64,000 bases of DNA, taken from contig CAWHMU010000027.1 in the NCBI GenBank assembly GCA_963830365.1, forward strand, positions 1 through 64,000, written 5' to 3'. The DNA is from an uncultured Chlamydiae bacterium. Its GTDB lineage: Bacteria > Chlamydiota > Chlamydiia > Chlamydiales > Parachlamydiaceae. A program made the position numbers and the translations under genes. Positions 42,102 to 51,834 of the stretch are shown here, in pieces. A model generated the notes under the pieces. That model saw only the letters and a program-made list of their open reading frames with translations, searched no databases and had not been told where the DNA came from. Every line of letters begins with the position of its first letter. Position 1 is the stretch's first letter.

Positions 42102-43859
42102 TCACGTCCCGCCGATTTGCCTGCCCAGCTTTTCGAGCATGGTTTTGATCGCGTCGATTTGGTCGTCATTCACAAGATGTTCATTAGGACCGAGCGCCTT
42201 TTCGATGGTTTCCAAAGCTGTGCCAAAGGCCGCTCGGCCCTGTTTGGTGTAGAGGAGGAGCGGATCATCCACAAGCTTTTCTATGGCACCCACCAATGGC
42301 CTATTATCATTTGGCCTATTATCATTGGCCAGCGGCTTGCGGCCGCCGAGAATGCCCTTTGTAATCACAGTTTGCACAGCCTCAAACAACACGACCAAAG
42401 CCTCTACAGCAGCATCGGCGCGCACACCGCCATGGAATTGCTGCAAGTTTTCAAGGAAGACCCGGCCACTTGTAGAATACAATTCAGCCAATGGGACGAG
42501 GTGCTTATCTTGTTTTCGGGCCAGGTATAGCCCCTCGATCAGCAGGTCTTTGGCTGCCTCCATATCCTTAAACAAAACGTCCAAATCGTCAAATCGGGTT
42601 TCAGGTCCGCCATAGATGTTTTCGCCGGGATGTTCGAATTTATCCATCAGCCGCGCCAGTTGCGCATACTTAGCTTCCCACTTCCCGCTTGTGTATTCGT
42701 CTTGTTGCGCTGCCACCATGCGCGGGACGATGTCGGCGCGGATACCGCTGTAAAATTGCGCTATGGACGTCAGGAATTTGTCACGGCTGGCGATCAGCTG
42801 TTTTTCCGCCACCAGAGAAACAGGCTTTATACTTGATGGCAGGTCCTTAGCAGGCGCTGCAGGAGCTGACTCACTTTTCTCCGTGGCCCGTGGAGCTCGT
42901 GCCTGATATAAAGCCGTACGGCGCATTTCTTCTTTGATAGTGTCTGAAGCTTGATCGCGCAGCTCTTTAAATTGCGCCACCATCTCGGCTTTGGCTTTTG
43001 TCTCGGGTAACCCTTTCAATTCCGGCTCGAAAGCGTCCAAAAGCTCAACACAAGCTTGATGATCTTCAGTCTGCATGTATGTCTCTTTGATGGCGTTAAA
43101 TCCCCCTTCTACCCGTGCCAGTTTCTGTGCTTCAGCTTTCTCCGCCGTCGTCATTTTCGTAGCAATGAAGACAGGCCTTACCTGCGCGCACATGTCCCGG
43201 ATGGCCTTGCCCGGGTCGTCCTCATCGGTTGGCAGGGCAGTGGCTGGCCGGAATTTTCCCTTACCTACGTTGGCAGGAGAGGGGCTTTTGACGGCCTCTT
43301 CATCACCTTCAGGAATGGTTTTTTTCTGCAGGCCGATTGGTTTCAAGGCCTTTTTTGGAGGTGCCTTTGGCGTGCCTTCTATCTTTGAGACTGTAAAACT
43401 CTTGACTTTGCGGATTCTTCTTGTGTTGCCAACTTTTTCAACGATCATAGATTTGAGTAGGTCGACCTTAGCCTTAATTTTGCCTTTATCTGTCTCAGCA
43501 AAGGGACCTGTCACTGCTAGCTTATCAACTTTTCTCACGATTGTGTTGATGGCATTCAACATTGCGATTAAAGATTTTTCATCATGCTTTAAATTCAAAT
43601 CATTTAACTTGTCGACAAGTACATTGACGGTATCTATTTGACCAGTGAGCGCTTTACGATTTTTGGTTGTCAGGTCGTGGTAAAACCCTGAAAAAAGCTT
43701 TTGCAGCTGGTGGATGATGTTGGCAAAAAAGTTTACATCCTTGCTGGTGGCTTTGCTTATCTTTTCACCGGCCGGCAGACGGCCAACCTGTGCGGTTGGC
43801 GGTATCTTGGCCGGTTGTCCGTGCGCATCATGTCCTTTGCCTTGAATTGTCCCACCCAT
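42102..43859 (-). CDS. Hypothetical helical protein, candidate T3SS effector (distant paralog 3)
   Basis: Start MGGTIQG after AGGAGG; GRLPAGEKI..KDVNFFANIIHQL resembles paralog 1 GEMPGGQKV..KDVNIFSNLLHQI. Confidence 0.8.
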   Translation of the reverse strand: MGGTIQGKGHDAHGQPAKIPPTAQVGRLPAGEKISKATSKDVNFFANIIHQLQKLFSGFYHDLTTKNRKALTGQIDTVNVLVDKLNDLNLKHDEKSLIAMLNAINTIVRKVDKLAVTGPFAETDKGKIKAKVDLLKSMIVEKVGNTRRIRKVKSFTVSKIEGTPKAPPKKALKPIGLQKKTIPEGDEEAVKSPSPANVGKGKFRPATALPTDEDDPGKAIRDMCAQVRPVFIATKMTTAEKAEAQKLARVEGGFNAIKETYMQTEDHQACVELLDAFEPELKGLPETKAKAEMVAQFKELRDQASDTIKEEMRRTALYQARAPRATEKSESAPAAPAKDLPSSIKPVSLVAEKQLIASRDKFLTSIAQFYSGIRADIVPRMVAAQQDEYTSGKWEAKYAQLARLMDKFEHPGENIYGGPETRFDDLDVLFKDMEAAKDLLIEGLYLARKQDKHLVPLAELYSTSGRVFLENLQQFHGGVRADAAVEALVVLFEAVQTVITKGILGGRKPLANDNRPNDNRPLVGAIEKLVDDPLLLYTKQGRAAFGTALETIEKALGPNEHLVNDDQIDAIKTMLEKLGRQIGGT

Positions 43860-43993
43860 AGCACCCTCCTGGTTTGCCCTATTCAACAAATTATAAACTA
43901 TATTTAAATAATAAATGTAATTTATTATACAAACAGCATACTATTTCATTCCAACCAACTAATAATAAACAACGACAGCTAAGCCTACGCGGA

Positions 43994-44497
43994 GCGTTTG
44001 GAGTGCGCAACGCCTGTTGCGCTTTTCCTAAAAAGCGCTAAGCGGGAGGGCATTAAGCATGACAACTTTACCTAAAGCATACAAATGACGCCATGATTGG
44101 CAGAGGCGATTTCTTTTTTGCCCTTTTTCTCTCATTCTGTAGCCCATACTTAAGCGCAGCGCAGGTGTGGGAGCAAGGACCGTGTGGCCTAACCGGGGAC
44201 CGGTTCATCTTTTTCATTGACAAGACCACATGATATAGAAAGTTTGTAAAGGTGTGCGTCATACAATTTATCCATTTTTAGACGTGCGATGGGTGGGTGG
44301 TCCTCAATGCATGATAATAAATTTATTTGTAGGAAATAAAAAAGAAGAACCGGTCCCCGGTTAGGTCTTATTGGCATGGGTTCCCACACCTGCGCTGTGC
44401 TTGGTGTGGGCTACAAAATGAGAGAAAAAGGGCAAAAAAGATGAGAGTGTCAGTCTTTTGCCCGAAAAGCGCAACAGGCGTTGCGCACTCCAAACGC
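43994..44497. mobile_element. Internally deleted RAYT unit (REP-5' remnant-REP) nested in a 34-bp inverted repeat
   Basis: Outer arms GCGTTTGGAGTGCGCAACGCCTGTTGCGCTTTTC (43994-44027 / 44464-44497); GTAG-REPs at 44139-44171 and 44383-44414; minus-strand MTHTFTNFLYHVV remnant starting at 44262. Confidence 0.85.
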
Positions 44498-44631
44498 GCG
44501 GCGTAGCTTATTTTTCGTGGCGAGACGAAGTTGCTTGAATCCCGCCAGGCATCGCCGGCTAGACATTGCGTCGAAAAGGGTATTGATGTAGAGTAGCTGC
44601 ATTAACAGGCACAAATTCGATAGTAGGTTTA

Positions 44632-47178
44632 GTGATGACAGACGGGCTTTTGGAACAGAAGGCAAGTTCGCCGATGATGGTGCAGTGGCATGCCTGCAAA
44701 AAAGCTGCCGGCGATGCGGTCTTATTTTTCCGCATGGGCGATTTCTACGAAGCCTTTTTCGACGATGCCGTCATCATGGCGCGCGAGCTTGAGCTGACCC
44801 TGACCAAGCGCCAGGAGATCCCGATGAGCGGCGTGCCGCACCATACCAGCGAGGCCTATATCGACAAACTCGTAGGCAAGGGCTACCGCGTGGCTGTCGC
44901 CGAGCAGACCGAAGACCCGCGCAAAGCCAAAGGCTTGGTGAAGCGCGAGCTTGTGCGCATCGTCACCCCCGGCACGCTGATCAATTCAGCCCTTTTGTCC
45001 GACAAGGCCAACAACTTCGTAGCGGCAATTGCGCGGGCGGGACAGCTTTTCGGTCTGGCCGTACTCGATCTCACCACGGCCGAATTCCGCGTGATCGAAG
45101 TCGATAACGAGCAGGAGCTTTTAAATGAGATCCACCGCCTGCGTCCAGCGGAGCTGGTGATCTCGCCAAAACTGCAGGAGAAGCACCGCAGCCTGCTTGA
45201 TGATTTGCGTAAAAGCTATGACGTGGTGATCAGTTCGCATGACGAATGGCGCTTCGACCACCAGCTGGCGCACGATTTCCTCACCAACCACTTAGGGGTC
45301 AAGAGCTTAGACGGCTTCGGACTGCGCGGCCAGCTGGCCGCCATCAACGCCGCCGGCGGGCTGCTCAGCTATTTGCAGGAAGTGCTATGCCTTTCCATCG
45401 GACATATCCGCGAGCTTAGCACCTACGCCACCTCAAACTTCATGTCCATCGACAGGGCCACGCAGCGCCATCTGGAGCTCACCGAATCCTTAAGCGACGG
45501 CTCGCGCCGCAGCACGCTGCTCGGCATTTTGGATAAGACCTTTACGCCCATGGGGGCGCGCCTGATGCGGCAGTGGCTGAAGATGCCGCTGCTAGATGTG
45601 GCTGTGATCTCCCTCAGGCAGGATGCCGTGCAGGCCTTCTGCCGGCAGGCCCATAGCCTGGCAGAGCTTGCCAAACAGCTTGAGCAGGTGCGCGATCTTG
45701 AGCGCCTGATCATGAAGATCTGTACAGGCTATGCCTCGCCGCGCGACCTCATCGCGCTGAAAAACTCTTTTGAGCCCATGCCCGAGCTTAAAGCCACGCT
45801 GCAAAAGCTGGCCCCCCACTCTAGCCTGCTGGCGGCCGAAGAGGCCCTCCTTGAAGCCCTGCCGGAGATGACACAGCTGATCGGAGCTGCCGTCGTCGAA
45901 GACCCGCCGATACGCTTAAGCGATGGCAAGATCTTCCGCGACGGCTATAGCCCGGAGCTCGACGAGCTGCGCGAGATCAGCCGCGACAGCAAAGCCTGGC
46001 TGGCGCGCTACCAGGGCGATCTGCGCGATGCCACCGGCATCAAGACCTTAAAAGTCGGCTTCAACAAGCTTTCTGGCTACTTCATCGAAGTCAGCCGCGG
46101 CCAGGTCGCCAAGATGCCGGAAAGCTTCCAGCGCCGCCAGACGCTCGTCAACGCCGAGCGCTACATGACGCCCGAACTCAAAGAATACGAGGGCAAAGTG
46201 CTGCATGCCGAGGAGCGCATCACCGCCATCGAAGGCGAACTCTTCACCGCCCTGCGGCTGGAAATCGCCAAATACGGCCAAAGCATCCAGCGCACCGCCC
46301 AGGCGCTCGGCCGCATCGACGTGCTGCAAAGCCTGGCGACGGCCGCGCGCCAGTATGGCTATGTGCGCCCTGTCGTCGACGGCGGCAGCAAGCTGCACAT
46401 CGCAGGCGGCAGACATCCCGTCATTGAAGCCGCGCAGATGGCCGAACGCTTCATCCCCAATGATACCATGCTGGACGACGACCTGCAGCGTCTGCTGCTC
46501 ATCACCGGCCCCAATATGGCCGGTAAATCGACCTATATCCGCCAGGTGGCGCTGATCGCCATCATGGCGCAGATGGGCGCCTTCGTGCCGGCGGCAAGCG
46601 CGCATATCGGTGTCGTCGACAAGGTGTTCTCGCGCATCGGCGCAAGCGACGACCTGTCGCGCGGACAGTCCACCTTCATGGTCGAGATGACCGAGACTGC
46701 CAACATCTTAAACAACGCCACCTCGCGCTCCCTCGTCATCCTGGATGAGATCGGGCGTGGCACAAGCACCTATGACGGCATCTCCATCGCCTGGGCGGTG
46801 GCGGAATACCTGCTGACAACCGACGGCAGGATGGCCAAGACGCTTTTTGCCACCCACTATTGGGAGCTCACCAAGCTGGAAGAGAAAGTCCCCGGCGCCG
46901 TCAACTACAATGTCGCCGTGCATGAAAGCGAAGACGCCATCATCTTCCTGCGCAAGATCGTGCGCGGCGGCACCGACAAAAGCTACGGCATCCATGTCGG
47001 CCGCCTGGCCGGCCTGCCGCAGAGCGTGATCATGCGCGCCAAGGAAATCCTCGTGCATCTGGAAGAAAATGCCAACCGCAAGAGCGCCTTCGAACCTAGC
47101 CCGGCCACTAAACGACCGGCAGCCAAGGCCAAGCCGCGTCTTTCCGTTGACGATATGCAGCTGACATTTTTCGGCTGA
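44632..47178 (+). CDS. mutS: DNA mismatch repair protein MutS
   Basis: FFRMGDFYEAF, GRHPV, TGPNMAGKST, DEIGRGTST, ATHY, KSYG. Confidence 0.98.
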   Translation: MMTDGLLEQKASSPMMVQWHACKKAAGDAVLFFRMGDFYEAFFDDAVIMARELELTLTKRQEIPMSGVPHHTSEAYIDKLVGKGYRVAVAEQTEDPRKAKGLVKRELVRIVTPGTLINSALLSDKANNFVAAIARAGQLFGLAVLDLTTAEFRVIEVDNEQELLNEIHRLRPAELVISPKLQEKHRSLLDDLRKSYDVVISSHDEWRFDHQLAHDFLTNHLGVKSLDGFGLRGQLAAINAAGGLLSYLQEVLCLSIGHIRELSTYATSNFMSIDRATQRHLELTESLSDGSRRSTLLGILDKTFTPMGARLMRQWLKMPLLDVAVISLRQDAVQAFCRQAHSLAELAKQLEQVRDLERLIMKICTGYASPRDLIALKNSFEPMPELKATLQKLAPHSSLLAAEEALLEALPEMTQLIGAAVVEDPPIRLSDGKIFRDGYSPELDELREISRDSKAWLARYQGDLRDATGIKTLKVGFNKLSGYFIEVSRGQVAKMPESFQRRQTLVNAERYMTPELKEYEGKVLHAEERITAIEGELFTALRLEIAKYGQSIQRTAQALGRIDVLQSLATAARQYGYVRPVVDGGSKLHIAGGRHPVIEAAQMAERFIPNDTMLDDDLQRLLLITGPNMAGKSTYIRQVALIAIMAQMGAFVPAASAHIGVVDKVFSRIGASDDLSRGQSTFMVEMTETANILNNATSRSLVILDEIGRGTSTYDGISIAWAVAEYLLTTDGRMAKTLFATHYWELTKLEEKVPGAVNYNVAVHESEDAIIFLRKIVRGGTDKSYGIHVGRLAGLPQSVIMRAKEILVHLEENANRKSAFEPSPATKRPAAKAKPRLSVDDMQLTFFG

Positions 47179-47306
47179 CATTTTTCGGCCGCTGAGGAGC
47201 CATCTAAAGCGTGAATTGAAAATCTGCAGAAAATATGGTTGAAAGGAAAATAGCCAATAGGGTATAAACGAAGCTTAATTGTTTCTCTAAGAAGTAGGAC
47301 AACGAT

Positions 47307-47444
47307 ATGAAAGTTAAAGCATCAGTAAAGGCCGACCCTTCGAAAGGAGATATCCTTGTTCGTCGCCGTGGTCGTCTTTATGTCATCAACAAAAAAGACC
47401 CAAACCGTAAGCAACGGCAAAAAGGTCCAGCTCGCAAAAAATAA
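47307..47444 (+). CDS. rpmJ: 50S ribosomal protein L36 (Cys-free type); absent from the ORF track
   Basis: [45 protein letters not shown]. Confidence 0.95.
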   Translation: MKVKASVKADPSKGDILVRRRGRLYVINKKDPNRKQRQKGPARKK

Positions 47445-47457
47445 TTAAGGACACTTT

Positions 47458-47763
47458 ATGGCGAAGAAGTCATCCGTCGAAAAACAAAAACGTCGCGAAA
47501 ACATGGTTAACAGCCAGTGGAATAAGCGCCAAGAGCTTAAAAAAACAAGCCTTGATATCAATATCAGCGAAGAAGAACGCCATGATGCGCGTATGGCCTT
47601 GAATAAGATGCCACGTGATTCCAATCCGATTCGTCTGCGCAATCGCTGCGCGATTACCGGACGTCCACGTGGTTTCATTAGAAAATTCAAGATCTCGCGT
47701 CTTACCTTCAGGGAGATGGCCTCCAACGGCTTGATTCCTGGTGTTACTAAGTCTAGCTGGTAA
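47458..47763 (+). CDS. rpsN: 30S ribosomal protein S14
   Basis: MAKKS...[14 protein letters not shown]...PGVTKSSW. Confidence 0.97.
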   Translation: MAKKSSVEKQKRRENMVNSQWNKRQELKKTSLDINISEEERHDARMALNKMPRDSNPIRLRNRCAITGRPRGFIRKFKISRLTFREMASNGLIPGVTKSSW

Positions 47764-47778
47764 TTCCCGATTCATTTA

Positions 47779-47830
47779 GCAGAGCTTTCGATCAAGACAA
47801 CGTCTTAATGGAAAGCTCTGCTTGTTTTTC
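47779..47830 (+). terminator. Probable terminator after rpsN
   Basis: GCAGAGCTTTC...GAAAGCTCTGC followed by TTGTTTTT. Confidence 0.6.
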
Positions 47831-47849
47831 ATAGATATTCCCTCCCCAA

Positions 47850-47894
47850 AAAGAACAGGACATCCCTTGCGATGCTGGTTACCTCTTCGACTGA
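47850..47894 (+). pseudogene. 3' remnant of a second RAYT copy
   Basis: Encodes KEQDIPCDAGYLFD*, versus KEQGIPYNPDYVFD* in the intact gene; followed by the same downstream flank. Confidence 0.75.
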
Positions 47895-47949
47895 AAAAAA
47901 AGAGAAAAAAGAAGAACCGGTCCCCGGTTTAAGCCGCATGATTCTGCTT

Positions 47950-49198
47950 CCCACACCTGCGCTGCGCTTAGGTATGGGCTACAGAATGAGAGAAAAAGGG
48001 CAAAAAAGAGATCCCCTCTAGCATTCATGATCGACCCAAGAAACGGCAATTGTTTCCCACACCTGCGCTGCGCTTAGGTATGGGCTACAGAATGAGAGAA
48101 AAAGGGCAAAAAAGACCTTGCCTCTGGCACTCATAAATTATCCTCTAAATGGCAGTTGCCCATGTTCAACTGCCGTTTCCAGGAGTATCCACATACAAGT
48201 CTTGAAATAGAGCGAATTCATTTTCATTTTAAACTTTTTTTAGTTGGCGGAAGCCTTATCTTTTTTGCCCTTTCTCTCTCATTCTGTAGCCCACACCTAA
48301 GCGCAGCGCAGGTGTGGGAATCCATGCCCACAAGACATAACCGGGGACCGGTTCTTCTTTTTTCTTTCCTACAAATAAATTTATCATTATGAATTGAGGA
48401 TCTCCAACCCATCTCACGCATAAAAATGGATAAATTGTATGACGCACACCTTTACAAACTTTCTATATCATGTGGTCTGGTCAACGAAAAACCGAAAGCC
48501 TTTTATCAAAAAGGAACTAAAACCCCGTCTACATGGTTACATAAGAACCATTATCAACGCTGAGGGGGCAAATTTACTGTTCATCAATGGAGTTGAAGAC
48601 CATGTCCATCTTCTCATAGCAGCTCCTGCCAACATGTTGATACCAGGTTTAATTGAAAAAGTTAAACCCCTATCTACAAAGTGGTTTCGCAAATCATTTC
48701 CTGATACAAAAGACTTTTCCTGGCAAGAGGGGTATGGCGCATTTTCGGTAGCCAAATCAATTATGCCGGCTGTAATAAAGTATATTGAAAATCAAGAAGA
48801 ACATCACAAGACCGTAACCTATCAGGACGAATTTTTACATTTCTTAAAAGAACAAGGTATCCCTTACAATCCTGATTACGTTTTCGACTGAAAAAAGAGA
48901 AAAAAGAAGAACCGGTCCCCGGTTAGGTAACCAGTCCCTAGCTCCCATACCTGCGCTGCGCTTAGGTATGGGCTACAGAATGAGAGAAAAAGGGCAAAAA
49001 AGAGATCCCCTCTAGCACTCATGATTAATTTAGAAACGGCTTATAGGCAACTGCCGTCTCTTGGATTATCCCCCATTCATTTTCATTTTAAAGCACTTTA
49101 ATAGGCGGACGCCCCATCTTTTTTGCCCTTTCTCTCTCATTCTGTAGCCCATACCTAAGCGCACTGTAGTCCATACCTAAGCGCAGCGCAGGTGTGGG
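47950..49198. repeat. Cluster of GTAG-type REP sequences around the RAYT gene
   Basis: GTAG-CCCATACCTAAGCGCAGCGCAGGTGTGGG at 47950-47982(-), 48056-48088(-), 48286-48318(+), 48944-48976(-), 49166-49198(+), plus a partial copy at 49144. Confidence 0.9.
48439..48891 (+). mobile_element. tnpA: IS200-like Y1/HUH transposase, REP-associated (RAYT/TnpA-REP-like)
   Basis: YHVVWSTKNR, DHVHLL (HUH), WQEGYGAFSV, YIENQ catalytic Tyr; flanked by inverted GTAG REPs; no tnpB. Confidence 0.9.
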
Positions 49199-49256
49199 AA
49201 CCCATGCCAATAAGACCAAACCGGGGACCGGTTTTCCTTTTTTTCTCATGACCTGT

Positions 49257-49562
49257 TCAGTGGGCGGAGTAGAAGACGATGCCCACATCTTTGATGTGCG
49301 CCAAAAGATCAGGATTTGTGATGTGGCCGTAAATTGATAGATCGAAGGTGTAAGGCAGTAATAAATCGTCCAATTCGCAGCTGATTCTGTTAAGCCGGGA
49401 ATTATCCAACTGATCACCAACCAGCGTCAGATCGATATCGCTGCCAGGCCTATAATTTCCCTTGGCGCGCGAGCCATAAAGAATGACTTTTTCTATTTCG
49501 GGATGTTTTGCAAAGACGCGATTGACATTGCTAAGCAGGGGTTCTTTAAGACCGTACTTCAT
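49257..49562 (-). CDS. Minimal nucleotidyltransferase (MNT) antitoxin-like protein
   Basis: LYGSRAKGNYRPGSDIDL. Confidence 0.92.
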   Translation of the reverse strand: MKYGLKEPLLSNVNRVFAKHPEIEKVILYGSRAKGNYRPGSDIDLTLVGDQLDNSRLNRISCELDDLLLPYTFDLSIYGHITNPDLLAHIKDVGIVFYSAH

Positions 49563-49969
49563 GACTTACTAAGTCCATTGAACTTATCTGTCAGGGCATT
49601 GAACAAAACGAAATATGTCTGCCGGATAGCCTCGGCGATTTCCCTTGCCGTCTGGCTGTTGTAGGTATGCGAGGTTTTGTTTCGATCTTTAAACATCTCC
49701 ATCCACAGGTCGCCGTCTTGAATTAACCCCACCTTGAAGGCCTCCTGAATGGCGTCGCGAGCGCCATAGACGCTCTGATTGCCCTGTTCTTGGAGAAAGT
49801 CCTTAATCGTATTCCACGCCAATTCATAGGTATATTCAAAATCCTGAATCAACCCCTGCTCTTCAAGCCTTGATAGCGCCCTTTGATTGGCGAGCTCGAT
49901 GCCTTCGGTTAATTGGGCCAAGGCCTTTTTGAAGTTTGCAAAACGCTGCATCCATCGTATATTTTCCAT
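49559..49969 (-). CDS. HI0074-family nucleotidyltransferase substrate-binding / HEPN protein
   Basis: GLIQDFEYTYELAW and RNKTSHTY (Rx4H) motif; 4-bp overlap with MNT. Confidence 0.9.
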   Translation of the reverse strand: MENIRWMQRFANFKKALAQLTEGIELANQRALSRLEEQGLIQDFEYTYELAWNTIKDFLQEQGNQSVYGARDAIQEAFKVGLIQDGDLWMEMFKDRNKTSHTYNSQTAREIAEAIRQTYFVLFNALTDKFNGLSKS

Positions 49970-49988
49970 TTTTACCGTATAATCTCTT

Positions 49989-50468
49989 TTAAGGCTGCTC
50001 TAGATGGGGAAATACGCTATCGTGGGATTCATCCTTACTTTCTTTTAAAGCGCTGTAGAGTTCGGGCAGATCGCTGATGCGCTTCCATTCCGCCATGCCT
50101 TCGCACCACACAAAGGAAGCTGCATCAATCCCATTATCACCCCATAAATCCTTAAGCACGTCAAAACGCATCGGTCCCTGCTGCTGGCGGGCCTTATCGA
50201 CACAAAACCACTCGTTGATCAAATGATAGTGCTGAAGAGCGATGACTTCCGGACTGTCGACCGGAATTGACTGCAAGGGATTGGCGTTTTTTTCCTCTTC
50301 TGTTTCGGGCGTAACCGGCGCCAATATCATCAGCAATAAGAGGCCAAGCAGTCCGAACAATATGCCGATGGCAAACCAGGCAAAAGGATCGCGCCCCCTC
50401 TTAAAGGCAACATAGGCCGTGGCTATGCCGATAAGCACCCACAAAGTTATACTTAAGATCATAGACAT
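49989..50468 (-). CDS. Membrane protein with GYF_2 (DUF4339) domain
   Basis: Two TM helices; QQGPM...VWCEGMAEWKRI. Confidence 0.85.
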   Translation of the reverse strand: MSMILSITLWVLIGIATAYVAFKRGRDPFAWFAIGILFGLLGLLLLMILAPVTPETEEEKNANPLQSIPVDSPEVIALQHYHLINEWFCVDKARQQQGPMRFDVLKDLWGDNGIDAASFVWCEGMAEWKRISDLPELYSALKESKDESHDSVFPHLEQP

Positions 50469-50584
50469 TTAAAATCGTCTTGAATAGAAGGGCCTGGTTT
50501 ATGTATATGTATATATCATGTCATCGTAGTATAATGCATATGGACCTGTCAACTTGCGAATGTCAATAATTAAAGGTTTTACTC

Positions 50585-51079
50585 ATGAACACTCCTAAAA
50601 AGAAAGTAGAAGCTAAAAAATACGATAGCAAGGAATTTGAGCTGCCGGAAACCCTATTCATCCGTGACATTGAAAACCGCGTTTTCCAGGGCATCATTCT
50701 GCAGTGCCTTTCGCGTATCGACGGCATCACCCTGGTGGAAGGCAACTTCATCGATAACATCTTCGACAGAGGCACGCTGGAAGGCATCAAAGGCATTTAT
50801 GTCGAACAGGATAATAAGAATCCTGCCGTAAGCATAAAAATTGAAGTCAATATCTGCTATGGCTATAGCATCCCTGAAAAAGCCGAAGAAATACAGACTC
50901 TCTGTGCCGAAGAAATCACTAAACTGACCGGCTTGCATGTCTCCAATGTGCACGTCGTCTTCAAAAATGTGATCCTGGAAGAACACAAAAAAGATGCCCT
51001 GCTTGGCGGAGGGACCCCTTCAGGCCCTGCCATCGCGCTTGCCGACAACGTCGAAGATGAATACAATGATGAATTTTAG
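50585..51079 (+). CDS. Asp23/Gls24 family protein
   Basis: VNICYGYSIPEKAEEIQ...LTGLHVSNVHV. Confidence 0.85.
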   Translation: MNTPKKKVEAKKYDSKEFELPETLFIRDIENRVFQGIILQCLSRIDGITLVEGNFIDNIFDRGTLEGIKGIYVEQDNKNPAVSIKIEVNICYGYSIPEKAEEIQTLCAEEITKLTGLHVSNVHVVFKNVILEEHKKDALLGGGTPSGPAIALADNVEDEYNDEF

Positions 51080-51114
51080 CGCTTGGCGCAATACGATAAG
51101 GCCAAGATCAGACT

Positions 51115-51627
51115 ATGCATAATCTATTTTTCTCCCTCATCAGCTTCATCATCGCCATTTTCTTTGTACTGCTAGGCATCATCAGCGTGATGATACCGTG
51201 GTCGGAAGAAGTGCGCTATGGCTTGGTACGATTTATTCTGGAGGATGCGCTTGCCATCTCGCTTTTCGGCTGTGCCTTTATCGTGGTAGGCCTTGCCATC
51301 GCCGTGAATATCCTGCTAAATAGCCGCCGAAAATATTACCATCTCAGATCCGGCTGCAACGCCATCGGTATCGATGAAAACGTCATCCAACAATACCTGA
51401 CAGTCTATTGGCAGCAGCTTTTCCCCGATCACGACATTCCCTACCGCCTGACCATCAAACATAATAAGATCCATATTAATGTAGATCTGCCCCATCTGCC
51501 ATTGCAGGAACAGCGTCAGCTGCTGGAAAGAATCAAACAAGACCTGCAGCAGCTATTTACCGGCAAACTCGGCTATCAAGAAGAGTTTTATCTTACCGCC
51601 AGCTTTATACCAGCAGCTAGTGTCTAA
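51115..51627 (+). CDS. Hypothetical membrane protein (AmaP-like partner of Asp23)
   Basis: Two N-terminal TM helices; follows the Asp23 gene. Confidence 0.65.
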   Translation: MHNLFFSLISFIIAIFFVLLGIISVMIPWSEEVRYGLVRFILEDALAISLFGCAFIVVGLAIAVNILLNSRRKYYHLRSGCNAIGIDENVIQQYLTVYWQQLFPDHDIPYRLTIKHNKIHINVDLPHLPLQEQRQLLERIKQDLQQLFTGKLGYQEEFYLTASFIPAASV

Positions 51628-51834
51628 TTGAAATTCCCCATACGCCATGTCGGGATACACCGTATTGGCGCCGCCTGGCAATACAGCTGGCGATGATGCG
51701 TATTAGACCATCATCGCCAACCGTCTTTAAAAGAAATAAACTTCGTGAATACATTGTATGGGGCGCGATTCCAAATTTTCCGATCGGATATAATTTGGCA
51801 TTGAGCGCGTGAGAAAATCATCGCGTCAATGGTT

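Noticed and set aside
35620..44600. Classical integron or diversity-generating retroelement behind the effector array
   Set aside because: No integrase or reverse transcriptase in the window, no clear attC boxes, and no adenine-specific TR/VR pair seen
47950..49198. CRISPR array suggested by recurring ~33-bp palindromic repeats
   Set aside because: Copies alternate in orientation, spacing is irregular, they flank a transposase, and no cas genes are present
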